Source: Camelus dromedarius (Eukaryota). Taken from it: 64,000 nucleotides of DNA. The position numbers and the translations under genes were made by a program. The notes beneath the pieces were generated by a model that was not told where the DNA came from, did no database searches, and worked only from the letters and a program-made list of their open reading frames with translations. Positions 13,453 to 24,256 of the stretch are shown here, piece by piece. How positions within the stretch are numbered: position 1 is the stretch's first letter; each line of letters begins with the position of its first letter. Where the stretch lies: the NCBI RefSeq assembly GCF_036321535.1, contig NC_087436.1:48672001-48736000 (forward strand), written 5' to 3'.

Positions 13453-14859
13453 CTAAACTGTGGTAAGCCTGGGTAGGTTATTCTCACAGGTACTCCTATG
13501 TGGGAAAGGCTAAGGTCTGTAGAAAAGCTTTACACTCTGAAGTGGTGCCTCGCAAACCTTAATAGGCATACAAATCACCTAAGGATGCTTGGTATCTGTG
13601 GCTTTTGCTTCATTAGGTTTAAGGTGGGCACGTGAGTCTGTTTCTAAAAGCACTCAGGTGATGCTTATGTGGCTCGTTCACTGACCATACTTGGACTAAC
13701 AAGGGTGAAAGGTACAGCTCATGGCTAATCATTTGATCTCTATTAAAAAGAAAAAGAAAAGGCTGTTTCCTGTTTATTCCTAAATATCCCAAGCTTCCTG
13801 CTGTCAGTCTCCAGCTCTTCAGATTACTTGGACGGCGCATTCAACCCTGCAGGAACCAAGGTATGTTCTGTTTTGTTTTACTTATCGTATTTAATAACAT
13901 ATTAGAAAGAGCTTATAAAAGTACATACAATTAAAAAAGATAACTAAAAAAGTTCTGCTTTGCATCCATGGCTCTTGACTGCCAAAGAAACAAAACTAGT
14001 TCACGAGAGGGGTCAGACTACTGACCTGTCATTTAAAATGCCTTGTGAATTAAATCATCACTCTCCCTCTCAACCTCAAATTAAAAAGTCATCTCAAATA
14101 TTTTGCATTTTTGATTTGTGTGAGACAGAGTCAGAAGAACTGTTTCAGAGGCAGAACTATTAGAATTCATTAATGATTTGAATAAATAGAAATAAAAATA
14201 AGTATTAAAAAAACAGTATCAGATTTCAAGGATTAATGACCTTGATAAAAGATTGCTTTTATTCAGAGAAGGGTGGGATTGACAAGGGTAGGGGGAAGGT
14301 TTGGGGGAAAGGCAAAGGCAGAGGAATAATAATAAACTGTATTCATACAGTTTGGGACTTAGCAAGTCCGGGGCAACTTGGATTTTTCCAGTGATTGGTT
14401 GGAAGTGTAGGAGTGCAGTTTATGGAGGCCAGAGAAGAAGAGGATTTTAAGGAAGTGGGTTCAGGGATCACCACTGTCCAGTGCTGCTGGTATGATGGTG
14501 GATGTGGGTTGAACGGTGGAACCATAAACAAGATAACAAACAGCCTTCGAAGAAGCAGTTTTGGTAGAACGGTGATGTTAAAGTTCAGAGTGAAGTGGTA
14601 GTAGGAGAGCACTGAAGAGGTGGGGAGAGGGGGAGTGGAACGAGTTTGTGAAGAAATTTAACCTCAAACCAACACTTTCCTGAGTCAGCAGGGGAGCTCA
14701 TTAAAACACAGATTGCTGGGCTTCACCTCCAGAGTTTCTGACTCTGCAAGTCAGGTATGGAGCCTGAGGATGCACGATTCTAATACATTCTCAGTATGGG
14801 CACTGCAAGGTTTGAAACCACTCTTTGGAAATCATTGGTTTAGAATCATTGATTAAGAT

Positions 14860-15070
14860 CAGGCTTTTGCAACCTTGGCACTACTGACATTTTAGGCCAG
14901 ATAATTCTTCGTTGTGTGGAGCTGTCCTGTGCTTTATAGGATGGTTAACAACTTATCCGACCTTTACCCACTGATGCCAGTAACACCTCCAAGTTGTGAC
15001 ATCTAAAAATATCTCTAGTCATTACCAACTGTCCCCGAGGGTCAAAATTACCCCCAGTTGGGACCCACAA
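14860..15070 (+). mobile_element. MER20-like hAT-Charlie element
   Basis: caaccttggcactactgacattttaggccagataattctt..gatgccagtaacacc..caaaattacccccagttg. Confidence 0.75.
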
Positions 15071-16480
15071 TGTTAACGAATTCAACACATCCTGAAAAGA
15101 CTGTCTGTGAGCAGAATCAGAACACCTGCGGGGGCTTGGTCTGGAAAATGAAGGTAGGCATGGAAGTAGAGTAGCAATCTATGCTCTCAGAAGTTAAACT
15201 ACCTGATTATGAGTGAGGGCTCAATTTTTGGCTTTTAGTGAATGAGCCCCAAATAATCAACTTGGAATTAACCTCCACTGTTAACTCCAAGCTGCTTTCA
15301 GGTTTCTACATCCTGGAGCCCTGAAAGGCATTTCTAGTAAATTATCCCCAGTTCATGAATGTCCCTTTGTCTTCTAAAATGTGGGCTTCCTGGATCACTG
15401 CCTCATTTATATTTGTGTCTTCAGTTATGACTTTCTTATTCTGAAAGGCCCTGCCATTTGTCAGACAAAGCAATGTTCTGTACCGGGTTAGCAAATTTAA
15501 GTATGCCGTGAGCAAAAGTTTTGTTTTTTATTATTTGTGTCTTCTAGGCAGCGTTTAGTTCAATCTTGCTTTTCTCATCTAATCTGACAGTCTCTTGAAT
15601 TAGAATGTTTAGACTATTTATACATTATATGATTACTGGTAGAGCTGGGTTTAAATCTACCCACTTGCTCTTTGTTTTCTACTTGTCATCATCTGTTTAT
15701 TTTTTCTCCTTTTTTTCTGCTACATGATTTGAAAATTTTAAAAATATTTTATAAGATGAAACACATCTGACATAAAATTACCCATTTTGAAGCAAACAAT
15801 TCAGTGGCATGTCCTATACTTGAAGGGTGTTGAAACCACGACATATATTTGGTTCCAGAATATTTTAATCACCCCAAATAAATCCCTTACCCATTAAGCA
15901 GTTACTCTCCATTCTCCCTCTGGCATCCACCAATTTACTTTCTGTTCCTTTTGATTTATCTATTCTGGATATTTCATATAAGTGGAGTAATAGAATGTGA
16001 CCTTTGTGTTTGACCCCTTTCACTTTGCATAATGCTTTTGAGGTTAATCCGCATTGCAGTACATAAACAGGGCTTCATTCCATCTTGTGGCTGAATAGTA
16101 TTCTGTCATTAGATGCACCATAATTCGCTTATCTATTCATCTGTTAATAGAGATGTGGTTATTTCCACCTTTTGCTTGTTATGAATAGTGCTTTTATGAA
16201 AATTTGCGGACAAGTATTTGTTTAAGTGCTTGTCTTAAAAACCTCGGGTATAGACCTAGGAGTGAAACTTCTGGGTCTTAGGGTAACTGTTTAACTTTTT
16301 GAGAAATTACCAAACTGTTTTCCACAGTGGTTGCTCCATTTGATAGTCCCACGAGCAATATTCAATTTCTCTACATCGTCACCAACACTTGTTACGTTCC
16401 ATTCTCTTGATTATCACCTACTTAGAGGATGTGAAGTGATATCATATTGTCGTTTTAATTTGCATTTCCCTAATGACAAT

Positions 16481-17322
16481 TGTGATATTGTGATTTATAA
16501 TGAGAAATATATATTCAGTCTTCGTTCCTGTTTCTAGCACAGAACTCCTAAAACCCTTGAAATTTCTTAAGTGAGGTGAGCAATAATGATTCTTCTGTTA
16601 TGTTAATGGAGTGACTTTTGAACCACACCTAAGGATGGGGGCTGGTTGCCATGAGATCTAACTGTGATTAGAGGGTTGGAACTTTCAGCCCTACCTCTGG
16701 ACCTCTGGGGAGGGGAGAAGGGGATGGAGGTTAAAACAGCCACCAATCACCAATGATTTAATCAATTATATCTGTCTAGTGAAGCCTCTGTAAAACGCCA
16801 AAAGATCAGGGTTTGAAGAGCGTCTGGGTTGGTGAACACGTGGAGGTTCTGGGATAGGCGTCTGGAGAAGGCCTGGAAGCTCTGCACCCCTTCCCCGTAC
16901 CTTGTCCTGTGCATTTCTTCTATCTGGCTGTTCCTTTTATAATAAATCAGTAAATTAATAAGTAAAATGTCTCTGAGTTCAGTGAGCCACTCTAGCAAAT
17001 TATATGAACCCAAGAAGGGGGTCATAGGAAACCTCCAATCTGTAGCTGGTCAGTCGTAAGCACGGGTAACAGACTGAGCGTGCGACTGGGGTCAGAAGTG
17101 TGGGCACTGGGGACAATCTCGTAACACTGAATCCTTACCTGTGAAATCTGTTGCTATCTCCGGGTAGAAAATGTGGATAGATAATGTCAGAATTGAGTTA
17201 AAATCTTGGACACCTCACTGGTGTCCAAGAATTGTTTGTTAGCATTGGGAATCCACTGTCTCCCTGCACTCACACGCGCGCACACACACACTCACACACT
17301 CTGGAAACTGAGTCTCAGAACA
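16481..17322. mobile_element. MER21-like solo LTR inserted in L1
   Basis: Starts tgtgatattgtgatttataat, ends ..gaaca (TG..CA); L1 sequence breaks at ccctaatgac and resumes gactaattatgatgag. Confidence 0.7.
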
Positions 17323-18200
17323 CCGAAAGACTAATTATGATGAGTATTTTTTCATGTGCTTATAGACCATTTGTATAGATGTTTCCTTTTTTTTTTTTTG
17401 AGTAATGTCTGTTCAGATTCTTTACCTGTGTTTTAATTGGGTTGTTTGGTGAGTTGTAAAAGTTCTTTATGCATTCTGTATACTAGGTCCTTATGAGATA
17501 TACATTTCACAAATATTTTTTCTGATTTGATGGGTAGTCTTTTCACTCTCTTGATTGTGTCCTTTTGCAAAATATGTTTTAATTTTCATAAAATACATTC
17601 TATTTTTTTGTTTTGTTACTCATGCTTTTGGTGCCATAGCTAAGAATCCTTTGCCAAATCTGAAGGTCTTGAAAATTCACCTGTATATTTTATTCTCCGA
17701 GTTTTGTATTAGCTCTTACATTCAAGTCACTGATTAATTTTGAATTAATTTTTGTCTGTCGTGTGAGGTATGGGTCCAATGTCATTCTTTTACATATGGA
17801 TATCTAGTTGTCCCAGCACCATTTGTTGGAGAGGCTGTTCTTTCCCCAGTGAATGCTCTTGGAACCCTGGTCAAAAGGTAATTGACCATATTATGGGTTT
17901 ATTTCTGAACTCTTAATTTTATTCCACTGGTCCATGTCTTTCCTTATGCCCATGCCCCACTGTTCTGATGACCACACTTTGCAGTAAGTTTTGAAAATGG
18001 AAATTGTGAATCCCATTATTTTGCTTATTTGAGGTTCTTTGAAATACCGTATCAGTTTGAACACTGGTGTTCCAATTTTTTCAAAACATGTACTGAATAT
18101 GTAGATCACTTTCGTTAGTATTAACATCTTAACAATATTATGTCTTTTAATCCATAAATACAGAATGTCTTTCCATTTATTTAGATCTTCTTATATTTAT

Positions 18201-18644
18201 AGATGAAAAATTAATCAATAGTGGATCTAAGAAAGAAAATTTTATTCAAGCCAACCTGAGGATTTATAACCTAGGAGACAATCTTTTAGAAAGCTCTGAG
18301 GACTGTTCTGCCTGGTAGAAGTCAAAGCACAGTTATATATGTTTTTGACACAAAGGGTCATATATCAAATGATGTATTATTGACTGTTAACACAATCCAG
18401 ATCTACACATACAAGCAATAGTGGATGATGGGTCTTCATAGCCCCTTACAAGATTAAGAAAGAAGGTTATCACCTAAGGAGTTTTAACCCTCAATTAGAT
18501 TAAGGAGGGATGTTACCTCCTAAGGAAGTCTAGTTAATGCAGGCGTACAATACACACTAAAGGGAAGGGAGGAGGCCCAAGTGGGCAAAGAATTTTGTTT
18601 AAATTTTTTTCATCTTACCATGAAATATGAATTTTATTTCATCA
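18201..18644. mobile_element. Probable ERV solo LTR inserted in L1
   Basis: Short inverted ends agatgaaa/tttcatca, AATAAA on the minus strand near 18241, non-L1 sequence interrupting colinear L1 ORF2. Confidence 0.55.
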
Positions 18645-19489
18645 CATAATTTTAGCAATGTTTTTAGTTTCCCATATACAAGTCTTTCAACTTCTTGGTC
18701 ATACGTATTTTTTTAACACCTTTATTGTGGTATGGTTCCTATACAGTAAACTACACATTTCAAATATTACAATTTGATGAATTTTGACAGATGTATATAT
18801 ACCCTCATGAAACCACTACAACAATCAGGATAGCTCACATTTCCATCACTCCCCAAGAGGTGCAATTTTCGAATTACATATTTATCCCTTCTCACCTCCT
18901 TTACACTCTGGTCACCATAAGTTTTTTCTCTCTGTCTGTGAGTCTGTTTCTGTTATGTAGATAGGTTCATTTGTGTTCTCTTTTTTGAGATTCCACATAT
19001 AAGTGATATCATATGGCATTTCTCTTTCTCTTTCTGGCTTAAATGTATTCTTAGTTATTCTTTTGGATGCTGCTGTAAATGAAACTGTCTTCTCAGTTTT
19101 CATGTTGCTCAATGCTGGTGCAAAGAAAAACTGAGTTTTTACTGTTTATTTTATTGCCTGCAACTTGGCTCAATTTGGTTTCTAACTCTAATAGCTTTTC
19201 TGTGGATTCATTGGGATTTTCTATATGTAGGATCATGCCATCTGCAAACAGAGATAGTTTTACTTCTTCCTTTCCAATACATATTACTTCTTCTTCTGGT
19301 CTAATTGCTTTAATGTTGAATGATCGATTTTCTTGTTTTGAACCACCTTTGCCTTCTTGGCATAAATCCTTGCCTTTCTGGCATAAGACCTGCATGATGT
19401 ATAACCTTTTTAATGTGCTATTAGATTCAGTTTGCCAGTATTTTGTTGAGGATGTTTGTACCTATATTCATAAAGGATACTGATCTGCA

Positions 19490-19712
19490 TAGTTGACCCT
19501 TGAACAATGCAGGGGTTAATGCTACTGACCCCCTAGGGAAATTGAAAATCTGAGTGTAACTTGATAGTTGGCATTCCATGTCTGTGATTCTGTATCTGTA
19601 GATTCAACCAATCTCAGATCATGGAGTACTGTAGTATGTATTTATTGAAAAAACAAATCCATATATAAGTGGACCCAAACTGTTCAAATCTGTGTTGTTT
19701 AAGGGTCAACTG
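19490..19712 (+). mobile_element. MER8-like Tigger MITE inserted in L1
   Basis: TIRs agttgacccttgaacaa / ttgtttaagggtcaact followed by TA. Confidence 0.8.
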
Positions 19713-21829
19713 TATTTTCTTTTCTTGTGATACCTTTATCTAGCTTTGGTATTTGTAATATTGTCTTCATAGAATGAGGAAGTGTTCCCTCATCTATTTC
19801 TTGGTAGAGTTTGAAGAATTGATATTAATTCTTTAAGTTTTGGTAGAATTCATCATGACAATGGTCTGGAGTTTTCTTTTTGAGGGGGGGTTTGATTACT
19901 GCTTCACTCTTTTTACTTGTGATAGGTCTTCTGGGATTTTCTTTGTCTTCTTGAGGTTATAGTTTTTTGTGTGTGTGTGTGTGTGTGGTAATTTGTAGAA
20001 ATTTGTCCTTTCATCTAGAATGTCTAATTTGTTGGCACATAATTGTTCATAGTGTTCTCTTACAATCCCTTTATTTCTGTAAGCTTAGTGGTAACATCTC
20101 CACTTTCATTTCTGATTTTAGTTATTTGGGTCTTTTTGTTGTTGTTAGTCTAGCTAAAGATTTAAAATTTTGTTGATCCTTTCAGAAAACCAATTTTTCC
20201 CTTTGTTGAGTGTATGTGTTGTTTTTCTTTTCTCTCTTTCATTTATCTTCATTTATATCTTTATTATTTTCTTCCTTCCACTAGCTTTGAGTTTAATTTG
20301 CACCTGTTTTTCTAGTTCCTTAACATAAATTTAGGGTACTGACCTGAGATCTTTTTTTTCACTATTTACTGGTGTTTACTGCTGTAAGTCCCTGAGCACT
20401 GTCTTTGCTGCATCCCACGTTCATGAAATGAAAGACAATATTCTTAAAGACAGCAGTAATCTCCAAACGAACTCTATTTACTGGTCTCATGGAAGGAGAT
20501 GGGAAGTGCATCGTCCTCCATAATATTAAAAACTTTATGAATACTTGGTATTAATTCTTAAATACTTTTTTACTTCACCATTTTAAGTATTGCTATTTGA
20601 GAGTTGGCTTTCCAGTGTGGAAAGTTTTTGATTATTAGCTCAATCTATTTACTTGCAATTGGTCTATTCAGGTTTCTATTTCTTCCTGATTCAGATTCAA
20701 TAGTTTGTATCTAAGACTCTGTGCTTGTCATCTAAGTTATCTTATTTTGTTGACATTAGGTTGTTTATAGTATTCCCTTATAATCCTTTGTATTCCTGTA
20801 AGGTCAGTGATGTCCCCTCTTTCATTCCTAATCTTACCATCTTTCTTCCTTTTTCAGTCTAGCTAAATGTTCATACATTTTGTTAATCTTTTCAAAGAAC
20901 CAGCTTTTATTTTCACTGATTTTTTTCTATATTGGTATTTCATTTTTTCCTACTATCATCTTTATTTCATTCCTTCTGCTGTGATTTTGCTTACTGTGAT
21001 TTAATTTGTTCTAATTTTATAAGGTTGAAGTTTAGATTATTGATTTGAGATCTTCTTTTTTAATATAGGCACTTACAAATACAAATTTCCTTATAAGCAA
21101 TGCTTTAGTTGTATCCCATAAGTTTGGGCCTGTTGTGTTTTCATTTTTATTAATCTCAAAATATTTGTTAATTTCCTTGGGAGTTCTTCTTTCAGTTATT
21201 GGCTAGAAGCCTGTTTAATTTCCACAAATTTCTCAAATTTCCGTTATTGACTTCTAATTTCATCCAGTGTGGTAGAACATATTTAGTATAATTTCAATCC
21301 TTTTAAATTGGAGGTAATGTTATATGGCCTAATTTATGGTCTGTCAGCATCTCTGTGCATTTTAGAAAAATGTATAGTCTTGTGTTCAGTGGAGTGTTAT
21401 ATAGATGTTAGGGCTGGTTGGTTTATAGAATTTTTCAAGTCTTTGATTTCCTTGTTGACTGCAAGTCTAGTTGTTTATCCTTGAAGTTTATCTTTCTGTT
21501 CCTCAAATTGGATAATCTCAACTGACCTATCTTCAAGCTCACTGATTCTTTCTCCTGGCAGCTTAAATCTGTTACCTTGGTCAGTTTTTCATTTTTGCAA
21601 TCCTACTATTATAACCAGAATTTCTGTTCTTTTAAACTAATACTTGTCTATTTGTTAGTAGTCTGTATGTTGAGCCAAAAGTTTTTTAAAGGAAAAAATG
21701 CACCAAAACTTAGTGAATATTTGTGAATGTAGATCTTGCAACCATGTACCTTTAGGCCTTCCAACAACAGCGAACGTTAACAGAGGTGAAGGCCCCAGTC
21801 CCCTCCATGTATTATCACTAAGGGTTTGT

Positions 21830-21992
21830 AATACAAATTGGGCCCCAACACCAACAGCACAGGCATCACCTGGGAGCTGGTTAGAAATGCGGACTCTCAA
21901 GCCCTACTCCAGATCCACTGAATCAGAAGCTGAATTTTAACATCTCCAGGTGATTCCCACCCACATGCACATCTGAGTTTGAAAAGCAGTGG
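21830..21992. mobile_element. MER5-like hAT MITE
   Basis: ggcatcacctgggagctggttagaaatgcggactctca..actgaatcagaa..caggtgatt..gtttgaaaagcagtg. Confidence 0.65.
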
Positions 21993-22958
21993 GCCAAAAG
22001 TCCTGGAACCCACCATACTTTCAGAGCCTTAACGGTATACCACTTTTCAGAACAGCAATTTTGCATTTATTTATATGATTTTGATAAATACCCATCTTCT
22101 TCTCTAGTTTGAAACCTCACAAAGGGGAGTGTGCTTACTGTTGTACCCAAGAGCCGTGCCTGTAGTAAGTGCTGTAAAATCTATCAGGTAAATCAATGAA
22201 CTGGAGTCTGGAACCTCTTACTGAACTGCTTCCTCCCACCTACAACCTCAGTTTCACAAGAGGTTTAACTTCTGGAAAACCTCAGCTTTCTCAGGTCTCC
22301 TGGGGATGATTAGGAAGGATCTCTGAGATAAAGAAACAACTCTGAGATAAGGAGGCTGCAGTTTTTCTTTACCTTTTGCTTAAAGTATGTATCCAAAACT
22401 TGAGTCTCCTAGCCACTAAGGGTTCCCTGAGTATCAGAAAGAAGCCATTAAGCATAGTCTCTACTGAGGACTAATTTTTGATATTGAATGATACCGTTAG
22501 TTTTATTTCCTTATAGTTATTTTCTCCATCAGGAAAGATTATGAGTAAAATGTCATAAATTAACAATACAGTACTAGTAAAAAAGACTTTGTGCTTCTAA
22601 TTCATATATATTTATATCTTTACTTATAGCTTATCCTGCCTTTACCTAAAAGGGTTTGAGGCAAATGTTTACAACTAAATGAGATACAAGAAGTCATACC
22701 TTAGCAAATTGCTCTAGTTATGTTACAGTGATCCTTTAATCTCTTGTGCACGTGAACAAAAAGTGCCTCATATTTTATAACCCAGAGGCATAATAATATG
22801 GGCAATATCTTTGTCCCCAATCTTCCAAGTAGTAGAGAGGTTCTACTATAGATGGCTTTTATAAAAAATCAAATTACCCTGATAATTCTTCTCCTAGTTA
22901 AAAAAAAAAACCAAAAACTCAAAACAAGAAATAGACAACTGGTATTATTAACAGTGTT

Positions 22959-22984
22959 TTTATTTACAAAGAATTATTTTTATT
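22959..22984 (-). terminator. Tandem polyadenylation signals (AATAAA at 22979-22984 and 22959-22964)
   Basis: Minus strand reads ...ccaAATAAAaataattctttgtaAATAAAaacactgtt..., then T/GT-rich downstream element (ttgtctatttcttgttttgagttttt). Confidence 0.75.
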
Positions 22985-24010
22985 TGGCTGTCTGGAAAAC
23001 CACAAACATTTTTCACTTTAGAAAACATTAAATAATAAACAAGATGTTATACAGTACTTTGGATAACTTCTTCCATCAGTGTAGTGCAATGTATTATTGG
23101 CACCTAAAAGTGAAATTTTCTATTCTCCCCTTTCATCTTCAGTTGTATAGTTACGTGACCAAAAAGGAAATGAATCATTAAAAACGGATCTAAAGCCATA
23201 TTTTCTGGCTTTGACTCAAAGGCTTACTGATTTATAGTCCCCCTCTGGCCTTGCCTCCACCAAGTTAAATGATGAAAGACATTCTACTGTACCAATTGTT
23301 CCAAAACATTACCATTTTGTGGAACTTGGGAGGTTCCAACTGACAAGAGAAACTTACACCATCAGGTGAAGGAAAGGTCCTGGCAGTGGTGTTGGGCATG
23401 GCACTCTATCAGTAGCCTGGTTAGGTTGTCACACACCTTGCAGAGAGAATGCACCAGATAAAAATCTCTCTAAATTGTTTTCTTTGCTATGATCTCTTTA
23501 AAAATTTGTAATATCCATTAAGCAAGGGAAAGGGCAATACCTTTACTAAGAAAAAAGAAATATATACTACCACATTAGAACATTATTGAGATACTAAAAT
23601 GTCTGTCCATCAGACTCTTTTGGAATAAATAGATTTTAAACTTTTTTTTTTTTTTTTTTTTTTGCTTTTGTTTCATTTTAATACTGCTAGGTTTGACATA
23701 AAGGGAGAGACATTTAGTGAGCTCAGCAGTTGGTGGGCTTTTCCCCTTTTTGATTCCTTTCCATTAGGAGGCCAAGAAAAAAATACCTAAATTAGACCTT
23801 AGCCTAGTTCAAGTTATTTAGTTCTGGAGATTTTCACTGCATAGTAATAGGATTAAAACATCTTTAGGGAGATTCTGTTATTGTTACTCTGCCTTGAGGG
23901 AAGAACATCTTTAACCATCTTAAATAGAAAAAAAAAAAAAAAAAACCTTATCTAATTTTTTAAAAGCCTCAAAAAATTCACACTTTTTTGGTTTAAACAA
24001 AGGTTTCTAA

Positions 24011-24256
24011 TTAACAACTGTCCCTGCCAGGAAATGGCCCCTCACACTCCAGCCTAAGCCTGCTTCCTCTTGTTCTGTTCTGAGTGCATGTGGAGGACAG
24101 CTGGTCACCGTCCTCTCTGTACCAACCCTTCATATACTTGAAAACCAGCAATGGTTTGCCCCTCAGTCTTCTCTTCTCCACGCTGAATAATCCCAGTTCC
24201 TTTAATTTTTCATCATAGATCTCTTTTTCCAACCCTTTAATCATCTTTGTGATTCC
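24011..24256 (-). mobile_element. CR1/L3-type LINE remnant (ORF2 C-terminal region) inside NPNT 3'UTR
   Basis: Translates TKMIKGLEKEIYDEKLKELGLFSVEKRRLRG...FKYMKG, matching the typical CR1 ORF2 tail (TKMIKGLE..SYEERL.ELGLFSLEKRRLRGDL..YK..KG). Confidence 0.85.
24241..24255 (-). CDS. NPNT: Putative alternative terminal coding segment (ESQR*) using a 3' splice site inside the 3'UTR
   Basis: ttttctgctgtttttgccag|GAA TCA CAA AGA TGA; in frame with the phase-0 exon 11 donor; I recall a human NPNT cDNA ending GADIKSESQR. Confidence 0.6.
   Translation of the reverse strand, partial: ESQR

Larger units (their letters stand above)
15540..21660 (-). mobile_element. Composite degraded L1 block (at least two old L1M-type copies plus younger fragments) with nested insertions
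   Basis: T-rich plus strand with L1 3'UTR and ORF2 motifs; ORF 19093-19395 gives the RT fragment KLSLFADGMILHIENP; ORF 17891-18127 gives DQWNKIKSSEINP. Confidence 0.85.

Noticed and set aside
19093..19395. Active reverse transcriptase
   Set aside because: Short degraded L1 ORF2 fragment; the catalytic FADD reads FADG and the surrounding frame is broken.
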